NCBI GenBank assembly: GCA_964496035.1 | Contig: CAZBXI010000002.1 | Location: forward strand, 26,054 to 81,857 | Direction: 5' to 3' | Length of the DNA: 55,804 bases | Source: an uncultured Desulfurococcales archaeon | Lineage (GTDB): Archaea > Thermoproteota > Thermoprotei_A > EX4484-217-1 | In this document: piece after piece, positions 44,524-55,613 of the stretch | Layout: every line of letters starts with the position of its first letter | Position numbering within the stretch: the first letter of the stretch is position 1 | Notes under the pieces: generated by a model | The model's input: only the letters and a program-made list of their open reading frames with translations | The model's database searches: none | Told to the model about the DNA's origin: nothing | Position numbers and translations under genes: made by a program

Positions 44524-45596
44524 AAAGGCAGTATGGTCATTTTATTTCTAATAAACTTTCCAACAATGTTTATTTTAGCATTGCAGTACGGGCATTTATT
44601 ATCGTTAGTGACATGGTATTCTAAAACACGGTATCCAGCTCTAATAATTAACGGTTTCCCGCATTTAGGACAGTATGTTGTTTCATAACGCCAATCACCT
44701 ATATTTCCTACGTAAACATATTCTATGTTGTACTCCTCCTTGGCGATATTGTACGCTGCAATCAGCTTGTTTACATCTGTAGGTGGCTCATAGTATTTCC
44801 AAGCAGGATAATATCTGTTTATGTGCAGTGGAACACTTTCTTCAAGTACGTCTACATGTCTTTTTAAAACCCATCTTAAACATTCATCCCAATCATTAGC
44901 CTTGGTTACCATTAAATAAACTATTTCTACATGTATTCCTAGATCTAAAGCTCTCTTAGCATTTCGAAAAACTATCATAGGATCTAAAGCTCCAATGAAT
45001 TTATTATATGTTTCATAGCATCCCTTAATGTCAAAGTTTAAGCCATCAAGTCCAGCCTCGTAAAGTGCTTCAAGCGCACTAAACGTCATGTAGCCATTAC
45101 TTACAATTGTGTTATACAATCCCTTCTTCTTAGCTAGTTTAAAAACATCAATAAGATATTCGAGCTGTGTAGTAGGCTCATTGAAGCTCGCACATAATCC
45201 TTCATCACCGTTTTTAAGCGCCATTTTTACAATCTTTTCTGGAGAATACGTTTTACCCCACTTAATGTCAGGTGTTTGGAAGCTTAAATGGTAATTTTGA
45301 CACCAGGGACAGTGGAAATTACATCCCCAGTTAGAGAATGTTAAAGCAGTACTGTTAGGCCAGAAGTGAAAGAGAGGTTTGATTTCAATTGGCCTACTTT
45401 CAATAGCGCTTAGAATACCATATCCAATAACGCGGATTTCACCATCAACGTTTACTCTATTTCCACAATATCCCTTCTCACCCTCTTTAAGCAAACATCT
45501 TCTTTCGCAAACACCGCACATAACGTAGCCACTACCCAGGTCTACAGAGAAGCTACTTACGGGGAAGTCCTTAGCGCTCCTAGGCTTGAGCATCAC
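44520..45596 (-). CDS. radical SAM enzyme, PflA-like / AmmeMemoRadiSam-type
   Basis: 358 aa. It has CNFHCPWCQN (C-x3-C-x2-C-Q-N), an N-terminal Cys cluster (CGVCERRC...C) and a C-terminal CPKC...CPYC ribbon. Confidence 0.7.
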   Translation of the reverse strand: MMLKPRSAKDFPVSSFSVDLGSGYVMCGVCERRCLLKEGEKGYCGNRVNVDGEIRVIGYGILSAIESRPIEIKPLFHFWPNSTALTFSNWGCNFHCPWCQNYHLSFQTPDIKWGKTYSPEKIVKMALKNGDEGLCASFNEPTTQLEYLIDVFKLAKKKGLYNTIVSNGYMTFSALEALYEAGLDGLNFDIKGCYETYNKFIGALDPMIVFRNAKRALDLGIHVEIVYLMVTKANDWDECLRWVLKRHVDVLEESVPLHINRYYPAWKYYEPPTDVNKLIAAYNIAKEEYNIEYVYVGNIGDWRYETTYCPKCGKPLIIRAGYRVLEYHVTNDNKCPYCNAKINIVGKFIRNKMTILPF

Positions 45597-45955
45597 ATTT
45601 TACCTAAAATCGCTAATGCATCTTCCTCGTATTCTACGCCGTTCTCGCTAATTTCTATAAATTTTAGTGGTTTATCAACTATTTTGAAATACCTAATCTT
45701 CTTCTTTTCCTTCTTAGCTTGCATTATCTCCCTTAAAACTCCATCACTAATTTCCCCGAAAACCCATAATTCATCACATATACTTAAAAGCTTAGAGTTA
45801 GCTTTCCTGACAAGATTCCTATCGACCGTATCTAAAAGAAAGTAGTCGAAACACATGAATGGATTTATAGGTATAGCTCCCTTCTCAAAAACAAACTTTG
45901 AAATATGTGCTCTAAGATAAAATCTCTTCTTAGACATAGCCGTAAAAACAAGCAT
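45593..45955 (-). CDS. hypothetical protein, translationally coupled upstream of the radical SAM gene
   Basis: 120 aa with a 4-nt overlap with 44520..45596. No motif recognised with confidence. Confidence 0.4.
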   Translation of the reverse strand: MLVFTAMSKKRFYLRAHISKFVFEKGAIPINPFMCFDYFLLDTVDRNLVRKANSKLLSICDELWVFGEISDGVLREIMQAKKEKKKIRYFKIVDKPLKFIEISENGVEYEEDALAILGKM

Positions 45956-46029
45956 TACTAAGTTACACCTAAATGAATGTAGAAGTGAGGATATTATAAA
46001 TAGGTACCTGGTAAATACAGAGACAAAAA

Positions 46030-47139
46030 CTATCTTTCTCTCTTACCTTCAATGAACTCCTCAAACCATCTTTTTGCCGTTTCATCGTCTGGCGCTTGTA
46101 TTGGTGGATGTTTGAAGAAGAACGCTGATGGACTTATTACTACTCCTCCTAATCCTCTGTCTTTAGCTATTTTAGCTGATCTTATGGCATCGATGAGTAT
46201 TCCTGAAATCATTGATTTATCATCTACTGTAAGTTTAACCTCTAATGTTACTGGAAAATCCGCAAACGATATCCCTTTAATGTAAATGTAAGCTACTTTA
46301 GTGTTTCCTAGGAATGGTATGTAATCGCTTGGACCTATCCTTACTTTACCTTCTCTCTCCAATTCCTTACCATATGGTAGGATTGATGTTACAGCTTCTG
46401 TTTTGCTTATCCTTTTACTTTTCAATCTCTCTTCAACAGTCATGTTTAAGAAGTCTGTGTTTCCACCAATGTTTAGCTGGTATGTTTCTTCAACCCTTAC
46501 ACCTCTCATGTATAACAATCTTACCAAGGTTCTATGAAGTATCGTAGCACCTATCTGCCCCTTAACATCATCACCTAGTAAAGGTATCCCTTTCTCCTCA
46601 AAGAGCTTCGGCCAGTAACCATTAGGGTCACTAGCTATAAATACCGGAATAGCGTTGACAAAGGCAACACCAGCTTCTAAAGCTGCTTTAGCATAGAATC
46701 TAGTAGCTTCCTCACTACCAACAGGCAATAAATTAACTAGAACATCGGTTTTGGTTTCCTTAAGCTCATCAACTATGGTATCTAACGTGACATCGTTATC
46801 GTCATCTATGGGTTTAAACGATTCTTTCATATGCTCAGCTACACCATCAAGAACTTTACCCTTTCTTACAATAACTCCAAGCTTAGGTACATCTGCAAAT
46901 TTCGGCGTAATATTAGGATAAGCGAATATAGCTTCACTAAGATCTTTACCAATTTTTTCTATTGAAACATCGAAAGCCGCCGAAAACTCAATATCGCCTA
47001 TGTGGTAAGGACCAAGTTTTACATTAGCAACCCCTGGAACATAAGCGTTTACATCAACATCCCTATAGTAGTATACTCCTTGAACTAGCGCTGAAGCTGC
47101 ATTACCTACACCAACTATTGCAACTCTAATTTTGCCCAT
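46030..47139 (-). CDS. myo-inositol-1-phosphate synthase (archaeal type)
   Basis: 369 aa. It has a Rossmann N-terminus ([17 protein letters not shown]), [19 protein letters not shown], and [11 protein letters not shown]...SKRISK as in archaeal MIPS (from memory). Confidence 0.8.
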   Translation of the reverse strand: MGKIRVAIVGVGNAASALVQGVYYYRDVDVNAYVPGVANVKLGPYHIGDIEFSAAFDVSIEKIGKDLSEAIFAYPNITPKFADVPKLGVIVRKGKVLDGVAEHMKESFKPIDDDNDVTLDTIVDELKETKTDVLVNLLPVGSEEATRFYAKAALEAGVAFVNAIPVFIASDPNGYWPKLFEEKGIPLLGDDVKGQIGATILHRTLVRLLYMRGVRVEETYQLNIGGNTDFLNMTVEERLKSKRISKTEAVTSILPYGKELEREGKVRIGPSDYIPFLGNTKVAYIYIKGISFADFPVTLEVKLTVDDKSMISGILIDAIRSAKIAKDRGLGGVVISPSAFFFKHPPIQAPDDETAKRWFEEFIEGKRER

Positions 47140-47268
47140 AATCTCACCTTGGTTTAACTCATATTTATATAGATAAATATGTATGTGTATAAATATACCT
47201 CCCGTGAATATAAATGTTTATATACGTAAGCTATTTTTAGAAAATATTCATGGTAGAGGTTAATAGAT

Positions 47269-47583
47269 TTGCTCAAAACAAAGGCTCTAAATAGACTTCG
47301 TAGGAAAATAACTATAGAAACACTCTGGCTATACATAATATCTGTTCTAAAAGATAAACCAACATATGCATACGATGTTAAAGTTAAGATAAGAAAGAAA
47401 TTCGGATTTAATCCGACAACAATAACCTTATATGTTGTTCTCTATAGGCTTGTAAAAGAGGGTCTCCTAGAAGTTTTTGTTGAGAAAGGTGTTAAGAAAT
47501 ATAAGGTTACCGAGAAAGGTAAAAATACATATAATAATGCGTTGAAAATGATAGATGAGTTACTAGAGAAGTTAAAATCTTAA
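47269..47583 (+). CDS. PadR-family transcriptional regulator
   Basis: 104 aa. [23 protein letters not shown]...[17 protein letters not shown] is the PadR wHTH pattern. TTG start. Confidence 0.75.
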   Translation: MLKTKALNRLRRKITIETLWLYIISVLKDKPTYAYDVKVKIRKKFGFNPTTITLYVVLYRLVKEGLLEVFVEKGVKKYKVTEKGKNTYNNALKMIDELLEKLKS

Positions 47584-47609
47584 ACTGTACTTTTCAGGGT
47601 GCTAAAGCA

Positions 47610-48551
47610 TTGAATCTTAAAGGAAGACATTTTCTATGGCTTGGCAATTATACTAGGGAAGAACTCGAATTATTTTTGAAAAAAGCTGCAGAATTTAAAA
47701 TTAAGTATTACTCCGGGGAAAGAATAATACCCCTACTTAAAGGTAAAACGTTGGCTATGATATTTCAGAAACCAAGTACTAGAACACGTGTAAGCTTCGA
47801 TGTAGCTATGAAGCAACTAGGTGGTTTCACTATTTCTCTTAACTGGTATGAAATGCAGCTTGGGAGAGGAGAGACCATAGCAGATACCGCAAGAACCTTG
47901 AGTAGATATGTTGACGGTATTGTTGCTAGAGTTTATGAACACAAAGATTTAGAGGAAATGGCTAAGCACTCAAAAGTCCCCGTTATTAACGGCTTAAGTA
48001 ACTCTTTTCACCCTGTTCAAGCACTGTCTGACATGTTTACTATTCTTGAAAAGAAAGGTAGGTTGAAAGGGTTAAAGCTGGTCTTTGTAGGTGATGGAGG
48101 AAATAATGTTGCTCAAAGCCTATTATTAGCTTCAACCAAATTCGGCGTACATATAACCATAGCTTCACCTAAGAAGTACAGGCCTGATCCTAAGGTGCTT
48201 AAAGTAGCTTATGAGGAAGCTGAAAAATCCGGTTCAGAAATAGTTTTCGAGGAAGACCCTGAAAAAGCTGTTGAAAAAGCTGATATAGTATATACTGATG
48301 TATGGGTTAGTATGGGCCAGGAGAAGGAAGCTGAAGAAAGAATAAGGGAACTATCAAAGTACCAGGTAAATGTTAAGCTTATCAAGAAAGCGAAACCAGA
48401 CGTTATTTTCATGCACTGCTTACCCGCTCACAGAGGACAGGAGGTAACCGATGAAGTTATTGACGGACCATGGTCTGTCGTATGGGATCAAGCAGAAAAC
48501 AGGTTGCACATGCAAAAAGCTATTCTCGCTCTGTTACTCCGAGGCACCTGA
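47610..48551 (+). CDS. argF: ornithine carbamoyltransferase
   Basis: 313 aa. Motifs are [22 protein letters not shown] and HCLPAHRG. Confidence 0.9.
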   Translation: MNLKGRHFLWLGNYTREELELFLKKAAEFKIKYYSGERIIPLLKGKTLAMIFQKPSTRTRVSFDVAMKQLGGFTISLNWYEMQLGRGETIADTARTLSRYVDGIVARVYEHKDLEEMAKHSKVPVINGLSNSFHPVQALSDMFTILEKKGRLKGLKLVFVGDGGNNVAQSLLLASTKFGVHITIASPKKYRPDPKVLKVAYEEAEKSGSEIVFEEDPEKAVEKADIVYTDVWVSMGQEKEAEERIRELSKYQVNVKLIKKAKPDVIFMHCLPAHRGQEVTDEVIDGPWSVVWDQAENRLHMQKAILALLLRGT

Positions 48552-48998
48552 AGCTTTCCCTGAAATCTCAAGTATAAAAGCTAAAAGTGATGGAAAAACT
48601 ATCAATACACCATAAAGGTATAAGAATATACGTATATCTATAGTAGCTATTACATCATAACCCATTATAGTACCGCTATAGTTTAAGATACCACCATTAA
48701 GTAAAGTGTATAATATAAGGAAACATATTATTGCAATAAACATTTTCAACGAAGCACCTAATACTCTCCAAGTTTTATGCTCCTCCAATATCGCTACTAG
48801 AATGTACACGAAAGCTAAGATGATAATTATCTCCTCTATAGAGTATGGATACCTTAAACCTTTAAGGGTAAGTGGAACGTTTGGAATTGCGGTAATGTAC
48901 TTTGTAGCTAAAGTATATATTACATACAATGGTATAGCAATAGTAACAAGTACTTCAAGTAAACCTCTCAAAGCACCCTTAAGTATGATTTTGAACAT
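48534..48998 (-). CDS. integral membrane protein
   Basis: 154 aa with about 4 TM helices. It is the last gene of a 3-gene minus-strand set. Confidence 0.45.
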   Translation of the reverse strand: MFKIILKGALRGLLEVLVTIAIPLYVIYTLATKYITAIPNVPLTLKGLRYPYSIEEIIIILAFVYILVAILEEHKTWRVLGASLKMFIAIICFLILYTLLNGGILNYSGTIMGYDVIATIDIRIFLYLYGVLIVFPSLLAFILEISGKASGASE

Positions 48999-49001
48999 TA
49001 T

Positions 49002-49781
49002 TTACACCTTTAACAAACCTTTATTCAAAACTATTTCAATATCTGGTTTTACCTTCAAAAACAGCGTATAAGTTATTCCCTCCTTCAAGTCCGCATCAAG
49101 GGCAACGAACTCTATTGTTAAAGGCGTTACAAAACATTCTTTCAACACTATCTTCTTAGCGACTTTATAGCTTAGTTTATCCCCCTGAGCAATAAAATGG
49201 GCTTCACCTTCAATGGGTACAGGTAGCGGATTAATTATTGCGAAAACTAATACTACTCTTTCATACTTTGGATCAACATATTCAAATGATGAGGAACTAT
49301 AAAGCTGTGCTTTAGGAACTAGTGATTGAGGAGATTTAGTAAGTATTTCAACGCCGAAAATACCATCGTACATGAAGCTTAAGCCGAAATATATTGTAGT
49401 GTTTTCTTTGAGAATACTATTGGCTAAACTAGCCGGGATCGTCATTTGAAGTTTTACTGTTTTAGATGACTTAGCTTCTAAGGTTACTTCTTTAGATTGA
49501 AACTTTAGAGAAGTTTCTGTAGTGTTTATTAGAGATACGACTCTTAGACTCTTAAGTGTTCGGGAACCGTTATATGATACTTTAATAGGTACTTTTAAAA
49601 CACCAATGGATCCGTTAAAACTACATGTAACCTCGTTCATGAGAGGTTCCAGCATAACATTCTGCGAAGCAAAATCAGTATACATAAAATAAAGCTCTAC
49701 TATTATGACAAATACAAGTAAAACTGCCAAAGCCGTACCTATAGCTCTAATAGCCTTAGCAGCTCCCTTCAAACATGACAC
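49002..49781 (-). CDS. extracytoplasmic protein with N-terminal signal/anchor
   Basis: 259 aa with an N-terminal hydrophobic helix and a beta-rich body. No family recognised. Confidence 0.45.
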   Translation of the reverse strand: MSCLKGAAKAIRAIGTALAVLLVFVIIVELYFMYTDFASQNVMLEPLMNEVTCSFNGSIGVLKVPIKVSYNGSRTLKSLRVVSLINTTETSLKFQSKEVTLEAKSSKTVKLQMTIPASLANSILKENTTIYFGLSFMYDGIFGVEILTKSPQSLVPKAQLYSSSSFEYVDPKYERVVLVFAIINPLPVPIEGEAHFIAQGDKLSYKVAKKIVLKECFVTPLTIEFVALDADLKEGITYTLFLKVKPDIEIVLNKGLLKV

Positions 49782-49825
49782 CTAAAGAGTTAAAAAATAT
49801 ACGTCAGCCATGGTAGGAGATGCTT

Positions 49826-50113
49826 TTACTCAGATGGTATAGTTTCCGAAGATGCTGTAAGCAACGTTACTGCTCTCATAGTTATTATCGAACCAACCCA
49901 CCCCATTACTCCTAAGAAAGCAACTTTTATTACTATATATGCTCCCCATTCCATAATCCATGCAACCATGCTTTCTACTCCGGTAGCACTAGGTTTTTCA
50001 ACGCTTATATACTCGTTGTATGCTAGGAAGAACACTATAAACAATAACACTAAACCCACAGCCAACAATGCTATACCACTATATCTACTGACCTTGGTTG
50101 GCACATTAAACAC
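49826..50113 (-). CDS. small membrane protein
   Basis: 95 aa with two hydrophobic helices. Confidence 0.4.
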   Translation of the reverse strand: MFNVPTKVSRYSGIALLAVGLVLLFIVFFLAYNEYISVEKPSATGVESMVAWIMEWGAYIVIKVAFLGVMGWVGSIITMRAVTLLTASSETIPSE

Positions 50114-50196
50114 CCGATATTTAATATTCTTTTACAATCTTTTCTATTAAAATATTATAGTTAAACCTATTCTTATTTATCTAATGCTGAAATGTT

Positions 50197-52071
50197 TTAT
50201 GTTATTTCCAGGAAACCTCCCTTCTTTAGTATTTTAAATGCTTCTCGTAATCTATCTTCATTTACCCTACCATACTCCATAGTTAAGTACCTTATTAGCT
50301 CCTCATATCTTAGCTCTTTATCCCACAACATCATCATAGCAGAGTATAATAATGTGTTTAGTTCTTTACACTCCTCGAAAAGCCTTACCATTCTCTCATA
50401 GTATCTAATAGGGACTTTTTTCTTTAGCTCTCTTAATGAAATAAGCTCGCGCTTTCTAAGCCGTATGATTCTCTTTCTCCATGGTGTTTTAACGATTCTC
50501 CTATAGATTCTAGCTTTAGTCATAGTTAGCTCCTTACCTACCCTTTCAGCACGCTTCTTAATGACTTCCTTTCCCTCAGGCCATATCTTTGTGAATTCTG
50601 CAAATACCTTTAGCATATACTTTTTCAGCTCTTGACACCTAATGCTATAGACCAAGTCATCTTCTGTTGCTTCTTTCATCATTTTATGATAGTACTCAAG
50701 AACCCAATGATATGTAATGTCCAGAATACTGTCATAGAAAGTCCTTGACGCTATAACGTATAGTGTCGACAACGATATTGTTCCTGCTATTTTAAGCATT
50801 TCAGGATTAACCTTGTCGGGAGTATCCATGTCGGTATGATAAAACTTATCAGGCCATTGGTTAATCATCACTGACGATATACCCATAATATTGAAGATGT
50901 CATGATCGCTTCCTGGAGAAAACTGTTCAAAAGTATACCTTATTATCGGTAATTTACCTGTTCCTCCAAAGGTTTTCAGCTTTCCTACAATCTTCTCTGT
51001 TACATATTCCACTACAGCATTTAACAGTGAGATACGTGACATTGGTGTTCTAAATACTATAAAAGTTGACCTCGTCTTGTCTTGTGCTTCACCAACCATA
51101 TCTAAATTTATGACATAGACTATGTTGTTCACATATTCAGGTTTAAGAGCGAAAAGTGCAAGCGTACCAGTGTATTCAGGAACCCATATGAATTTGAAAC
51201 CTAAATCTGGTTTTTCAAGTTTAGAACCTACTACAGCTTTGAGTGTTCTAGCAGCTTCCATTAGTGTAGCTGTTCCCGAAGCATTATCATTAGCGCTTGG
51301 TTTTGGATGACAGTAGTGAGCTACGAGTCCTACGTGTCTCTCACTTCTTCCTTCATATTCTGCTACAATAACAATGCCTTCATTAACCTTAAACTCTGAG
51401 TCAATGTAGGCCCTTAAGATAACGTTTTCTCCTTTCTTTAAATATGAGAGAAGTTCTTTAGCCGTTTTCTCCGATATCGATAAAGCAATAGTGTTCATGT
51501 ATTTGTTAACTTCGTTTTTCGTTAGAAAAAGACCTTGATAAGGTACAGCTTCAGGTATTTTAGAGTCTTTTCGAAAAACAATAACACCTAAAGCATTTCT
51601 TTTAGCTGCCTCAATAAACGCTCTGTACGCTCTACCATGTGTTAGAACGAATTTCCCGCTAACGTCTATTTTCTCAAAATCCTTGCTAAACCCTGCATTA
51701 ACGTAAACGAGGCTGCCTTCAATAAACTTCCCTCTGGTACTAGGGCTATGTGCTACAACCAGTGTAGGGGAGTCTAAAAACCTATGTAGTAGTTTCTCCT
51801 TAGGCTTAACCATATATAGTGATGCATCATAAACATCCCACCCCATATTTACTGTAATACCGAAAAACTTTGATACCCCATCGTAAGGGAATCTTACTTC
51901 ACTGACATTAAATCCCAGCTCATCTAAGTAATTTTTAATGAATTTAGCAGTTTCAACAAGTCCTGTTGAACCTTGAATTCTATGGTGTTTAGAAATTTCG
52001 TAGAGCTTATTTAGGGCATTTATGCCTGAAAACTCCTTGTAGAAAATGTTAGTGATTTCTTCGATGTTCAT
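50197..52071 (-). CDS. M28-like aminopeptidase-domain protein (DUF4910/DUF2172-type) with C-terminal winged-helix-like tail
   Basis: 624 aa. Motifs are CHPKPSANDNASGTATLMEAAR and GSDHD. Domain names are from memory. Confidence 0.65.
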   Translation of the reverse strand: MNIEEITNIFYKEFSGINALNKLYEISKHHRIQGSTGLVETAKFIKNYLDELGFNVSEVRFPYDGVSKFFGITVNMGWDVYDASLYMVKPKEKLLHRFLDSPTLVVAHSPSTRGKFIEGSLVYVNAGFSKDFEKIDVSGKFVLTHGRAYRAFIEAAKRNALGVIVFRKDSKIPEAVPYQGLFLTKNEVNKYMNTIALSISEKTAKELLSYLKKGENVILRAYIDSEFKVNEGIVIVAEYEGRSERHVGLVAHYCHPKPSANDNASGTATLMEAARTLKAVVGSKLEKPDLGFKFIWVPEYTGTLALFALKPEYVNNIVYVINLDMVGEAQDKTRSTFIVFRTPMSRISLLNAVVEYVTEKIVGKLKTFGGTGKLPIIRYTFEQFSPGSDHDIFNIMGISSVMINQWPDKFYHTDMDTPDKVNPEMLKIAGTISLSTLYVIASRTFYDSILDITYHWVLEYYHKMMKEATEDDLVYSIRCQELKKYMLKVFAEFTKIWPEGKEVIKKRAERVGKELTMTKARIYRRIVKTPWRKRIIRLRKRELISLRELKKKVPIRYYERMVRLFEECKELNTLLYSAMMMLWDKELRYEELIRYLTMEYGRVNEDRLREAFKILKKGGFLEIT

Positions 52072-52118
52072 ATTATCACAATACTATAGTAGTTTATTAC
52101 CTACTATTTAGCTTATTT

Positions 52119-53723
52119 CTAGATATGAACCTCCCCGATCACAATAACCTTATAGACTTCAACGTTAAAGCACGCCCTTACAGTATGGTACTCATTGATG
52201 GTAATAATATTTCTTGCATGTAACTCCTCAATAGCTTTAAAATACGACCCCGATGGCTGAACAATTAAAGCTAAAGGAGTAATGTTTTTGTTTTCCAAAA
52301 GAAATCTTTCCATATCATATTTGGAAATCTCATGTTTAAATGGCATTAATGGAGGATACACATTCATACCTTCTAGTAGGGCTAGCTCATAGAGTAATAA
52401 TGTTCCTTGGCTTTTAAGGGAGTATTCAACGAAAATAGGGATTTCTTTACCATACTTAGTTTTTAAATAGTTTAACGTTTGAATAAATATTTCATTTGTA
52501 CATTTTTCCTTACGTACAAACCCATAAACGAATAGTAGATTGGTGAAAGGCCATATAACTATAATTAGTATCAGACCTACGAATGCAAGTATGCGCTTTA
52601 TCCTGCCTATTTTCTTTAAGCCATGTGATGTTGTAGCTAGGGCCTCGGCAATTAACATTGAAGTTAATGGTAAGAGTTGCTGTAAGTAATGGGGACCCCA
52701 TGCAAACCCAAATATGTTTAATGTCATAATTCCCTTCGTTCCTATGGAAATTATAATAAGCGATAGTATAATGTACATTACAATAAATTTAGCTAAATAG
52801 CTTTTCCTAACACTATAGGCAACTATTGTAAAGAACAGTATCAAGTATATGTAAAACAGTGGTGTTTTTATAAGTTGCTGAATGGGTAGAATAGGTATTC
52901 CTGAAACTAACATGGTTACATACTCTAAGAAGACAAAAACCATCCTTTTAATAAACTCGTAAAGCGTAAGACCGCCGTGGAGACCTGTCCATGAAGCTCT
53001 GAATACTGCTTTTATGGAACCTAAGGGGTTAATTATATTAAATAGAATCATGTTTAGATAGCCAATACAGAAACCCAATAAACAATACTTAGTGTTCTTA
53101 ATAATTTTTATTAGAAGCGATTTCCCATATATTATGGTCCAAGAAGTTAAAAACGCTATGTATGATGCTATAGTTGATGGATGTGCTTGAATAGCGAACC
53201 CGGATGTTAAGCCAAAAACGAACATGTTTCTCCTAACTTTCTGATCGTCTATTTGTGATTTGAGCAAGTACACTAGAGAAAGCGTTAGGAAGAAAGGTGC
53301 TAAACTAGCAGACCAAGCTACATGACTTGATATTAGAATGTGTGCTGAGGACAAAGCTAATACTATTGAAGCTAATAATGCCTTTAACGGATTTCTCATT
53401 ATTTTCAAACCTAAAATGTAAAGTAATGGAATGGTTAAAGACGAGAACAGTGCAACAGTAAGTCTTGAGAAAGCTATGCTCGGTTTTATGAGGTACACTA
53501 ACGCTATTATATAGTTGTACAATGCCCCTATGAACTCAGCATTATTAGTTAATGGAACAAACCCGTATCTTATGATAGCTAATGCCCTAATGTTTTCTGC
53601 AAGTTCATCAGTTCTAAACACAGGATATAGGAGAAGCAAAGGTAACCTCAAAAGCGTAGATGAAATGAAAAGTATTAAAACTACAACGCCTTTTCTGTTA
53701 AGAATTTTATGTGATGCACTCAT
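52119..53723 (-). CDS. GT-C fold glycosyltransferase (ArnT/PMT family-like)
   Basis: 534 aa. It has more than 10 TM helices in the first ~400 aa, an early TDE acidic motif (FRTDELAE) and a soluble C-terminal domain. Confidence 0.6.
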   Translation of the reverse strand: MSASHKILNRKGVVVLILFISSTLLRLPLLLLYPVFRTDELAENIRALAIIRYGFVPLTNNAEFIGALYNYIIALVYLIKPSIAFSRLTVALFSSLTIPLLYILGLKIMRNPLKALLASIVLALSSAHILISSHVAWSASLAPFFLTLSLVYLLKSQIDDQKVRRNMFVFGLTSGFAIQAHPSTIASYIAFLTSWTIIYGKSLLIKIIKNTKYCLLGFCIGYLNMILFNIINPLGSIKAVFRASWTGLHGGLTLYEFIKRMVFVFLEYVTMLVSGIPILPIQQLIKTPLFYIYLILFFTIVAYSVRKSYLAKFIVMYIILSLIIISIGTKGIMTLNIFGFAWGPHYLQQLLPLTSMLIAEALATTSHGLKKIGRIKRILAFVGLILIIVIWPFTNLLFVYGFVRKEKCTNEIFIQTLNYLKTKYGKEIPIFVEYSLKSQGTLLLYELALLEGMNVYPPLMPFKHEISKYDMERFLLENKNITPLALIVQPSGSYFKAIEELHARNIITINEYHTVRACFNVEVYKVIVIGEVHI

Positions 53724-53758
53724 TAAGCATCAGTACTATATTTTAGTTTTAGATGCTT

Positions 53759-53902
53759 TTATTTCTCCTTCTTCGCAATTTTATTTTCCACTTTATCATA
53801 AGCGATAATACTAGCCTTAATCAGTAAGCATAATGGACATGGATTACTTTTAAATTCTTCCTTTAGCTTACTCATCATTAACCTGTATTTGCTCTTACCC
53901 AT
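53759..53902 (-). CDS. small CxxC protein (47 aa from ATG 53902), possible partner of the upstream gene
   Basis: The ATG at 53902 overlaps the stop of 53895..54308 by 8 nt (TATGGGTAAG). The sequence contains NPCPLC. It may be spurious. Confidence 0.25.
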   Translation of the reverse strand: MGKSKYRLMMSKLKEEFKSNPCPLCLLIKASIIAYDKVENKIAKKEK

Positions 53903-54308
53903 AATCATCACTTGTACTGGTCTGAAGTTTAGGTATTTCAACATTTATTTGTTCCCATTTCACCCTAATACCTTTCCTTAATTTCTCCTGAAGTTCCTTC
54001 TTTAGAGTTGCCCTGGTAATTACTGTTTTCACTACGATGTTGAATTCTCTACTAATACTGCATATTAGGACATAGTTTTTCGTCCATACAATGATTTTAT
54101 CTGCGAAGACTTTGAATTCCCCATCTCTAAAAACATTTTTAATTATATCAACAATTACCTCCTTTTTTGCCCCCTTAAACCCCCAATATCTTCTCTCCAC
54201 AATTCTTTCAAGAGCATGCTTAGATAGGTAAACGGATATTCTCTTCTCCCTGGCAAGTTGTTTGAAGATTTCCCTACAGTCTACAAAATCACTACATTCC
54301 TCGGCCAT
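53895..54308 (-). CDS. hypothetical protein, DUF4258-like (possible toxin-type fold)
   Basis: 137 aa. LSKHALERIVERR...IVVKTVITR resembles the HA-x-ER...R and terminal beta-strand pattern of DUF4258 (from memory). Confidence 0.4.
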   Translation of the reverse strand: MAEECSDFVDCREIFKQLAREKRISVYLSKHALERIVERRYWGFKGAKKEVIVDIIKNVFRDGEFKVFADKIIVWTKNYVLICSISREFNIVVKTVITRATLKKELQEKLRKGIRVKWEQINVEIPKLQTSTSDDYG

Positions 54309-54326
54309 AGGCTAAGCCTTCAGCTT

Positions 54327-55613
54327 TCACGGTTTTAACCTTTCCCTAAACCTTGGGAATGGTATTGCGTCTCTAATATGGTCTAGGCCTGCAACCCACA
54401 TAACTGTTCTTTCTACACCTAGACCAAAGCCTGAATGTGGTACAGAACCATACTTTCTCAAGTCTAAGTACCACTTGTATTCTTCAGGGTTTAGTCCGAA
54501 CTCAAGTATTCTCTTAACTAATGTCTTATAGTCGTCTTCTCTTACACTACCGCCAACTATTTCACCATATCCTTCTGGGGCAAGTAAGTCAAATCCTAGA
54601 ACGTATTTCGGGTCTTCGGGGTCTAGTTTCATGTAGAATGCTTTTATTTGCCTTGGGAAGTGGGTTATGAAGAATGGTCTATCAAATTCCTGCGTTAACA
54701 CTCTTTCTTCATCAGCCCCTAAATCTTCACCCCACTTAATATCTACTCCCTTCTTCTGCAGTATTTCTATTGCTTCATCGTATCTTATTCTTGGATATGG
54801 CGGTTTCATATTTTCTAAAACTTCTGCTTTTCTTTTTAGAAACTCCAATTCCTCTAGTCTTTCATCCAAAACTTTACGCACAATATAGTTTACAAGCTCT
54901 TCTGTAACCTTCATCATATCCTCCATATCGTACCATGCAGCTTCAGCTTCTAAGTGCCAGTATTCGGCAAGATGTCTTCTAGTTCTAGATTTTTCAGCTC
55001 TAAACGATGGCGTTAAGCTCCAAACCTTATCTAAAGTGTATATTAAAGCTTCTAAATAGAGTTGGGCACTTTGGCTAAGATAGGCTTTCTGACCAAAATA
55101 GTTTATTTCGAACTGTGTAGCCCCGCTTTCACAAGCAGAACCTGTAATTATCGGTGGAGTTACTTCCCACCACCCATTCCTATTAAAGTATTCTCTACCA
55201 GCCTGCAGTACGGTATGTTTAATTTTCATAATAGCCTGTATTTTCCTAGACCTTATCCATAAATGCCTGTTGTCCAGTAAATAATCTACTCCTTCACTAC
55301 CTCTTATGGGAAACCAGTCCGATAGACCTACTATTTTAAGCTTAGATACATGAATCTCGTATCCTGTAGGAGCTCTAGGCTCTTTCCTAACTACTCCCTC
55401 AACAATACAACTGCTTTCCCTGGTTATTTTCTCAGCATTTTTCCATGTAACATCATCTACTTTCCCTCTGTCAATAACACATTGTACTATTCCGCTGGAA
55501 TCCCTAAGCACTATGAATACTTTACCGCCAACTACTCTCTTCCTATAAACCCAACCCTTAAGTTCAACATTCAATCCTACAGTCTTGTCCTTTAAAATGT
55601 TCTTGATAAACAT
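54327..55613 (-). CDS. asnS: asparaginyl-tRNA synthetase (class IIb)
   Basis: 428 aa. It has an OB-fold N-terminus, motif 2 (FRAEKSRTRRHLAEYWHLEAE) and motif 3 (GFGLGVERTV...FPR). LE-x-E after motif 2 and the overall length favour AsnRS over AspRS. Confidence 0.75.
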   Translation of the reverse strand: MFIKNILKDKTVGLNVELKGWVYRKRVVGGKVFIVLRDSSGIVQCVIDRGKVDDVTWKNAEKITRESSCIVEGVVRKEPRAPTGYEIHVSKLKIVGLSDWFPIRGSEGVDYLLDNRHLWIRSRKIQAIMKIKHTVLQAGREYFNRNGWWEVTPPIITGSACESGATQFEINYFGQKAYLSQSAQLYLEALIYTLDKVWSLTPSFRAEKSRTRRHLAEYWHLEAEAAWYDMEDMMKVTEELVNYIVRKVLDERLEELEFLKRKAEVLENMKPPYPRIRYDEAIEILQKKGVDIKWGEDLGADEERVLTQEFDRPFFITHFPRQIKAFYMKLDPEDPKYVLGFDLLAPEGYGEIVGGSVREDDYKTLVKRILEFGLNPEEYKWYLDLRKYGSVPHSGFGLGVERTVMWVAGLDHIRDAIPFPRFRERLKP

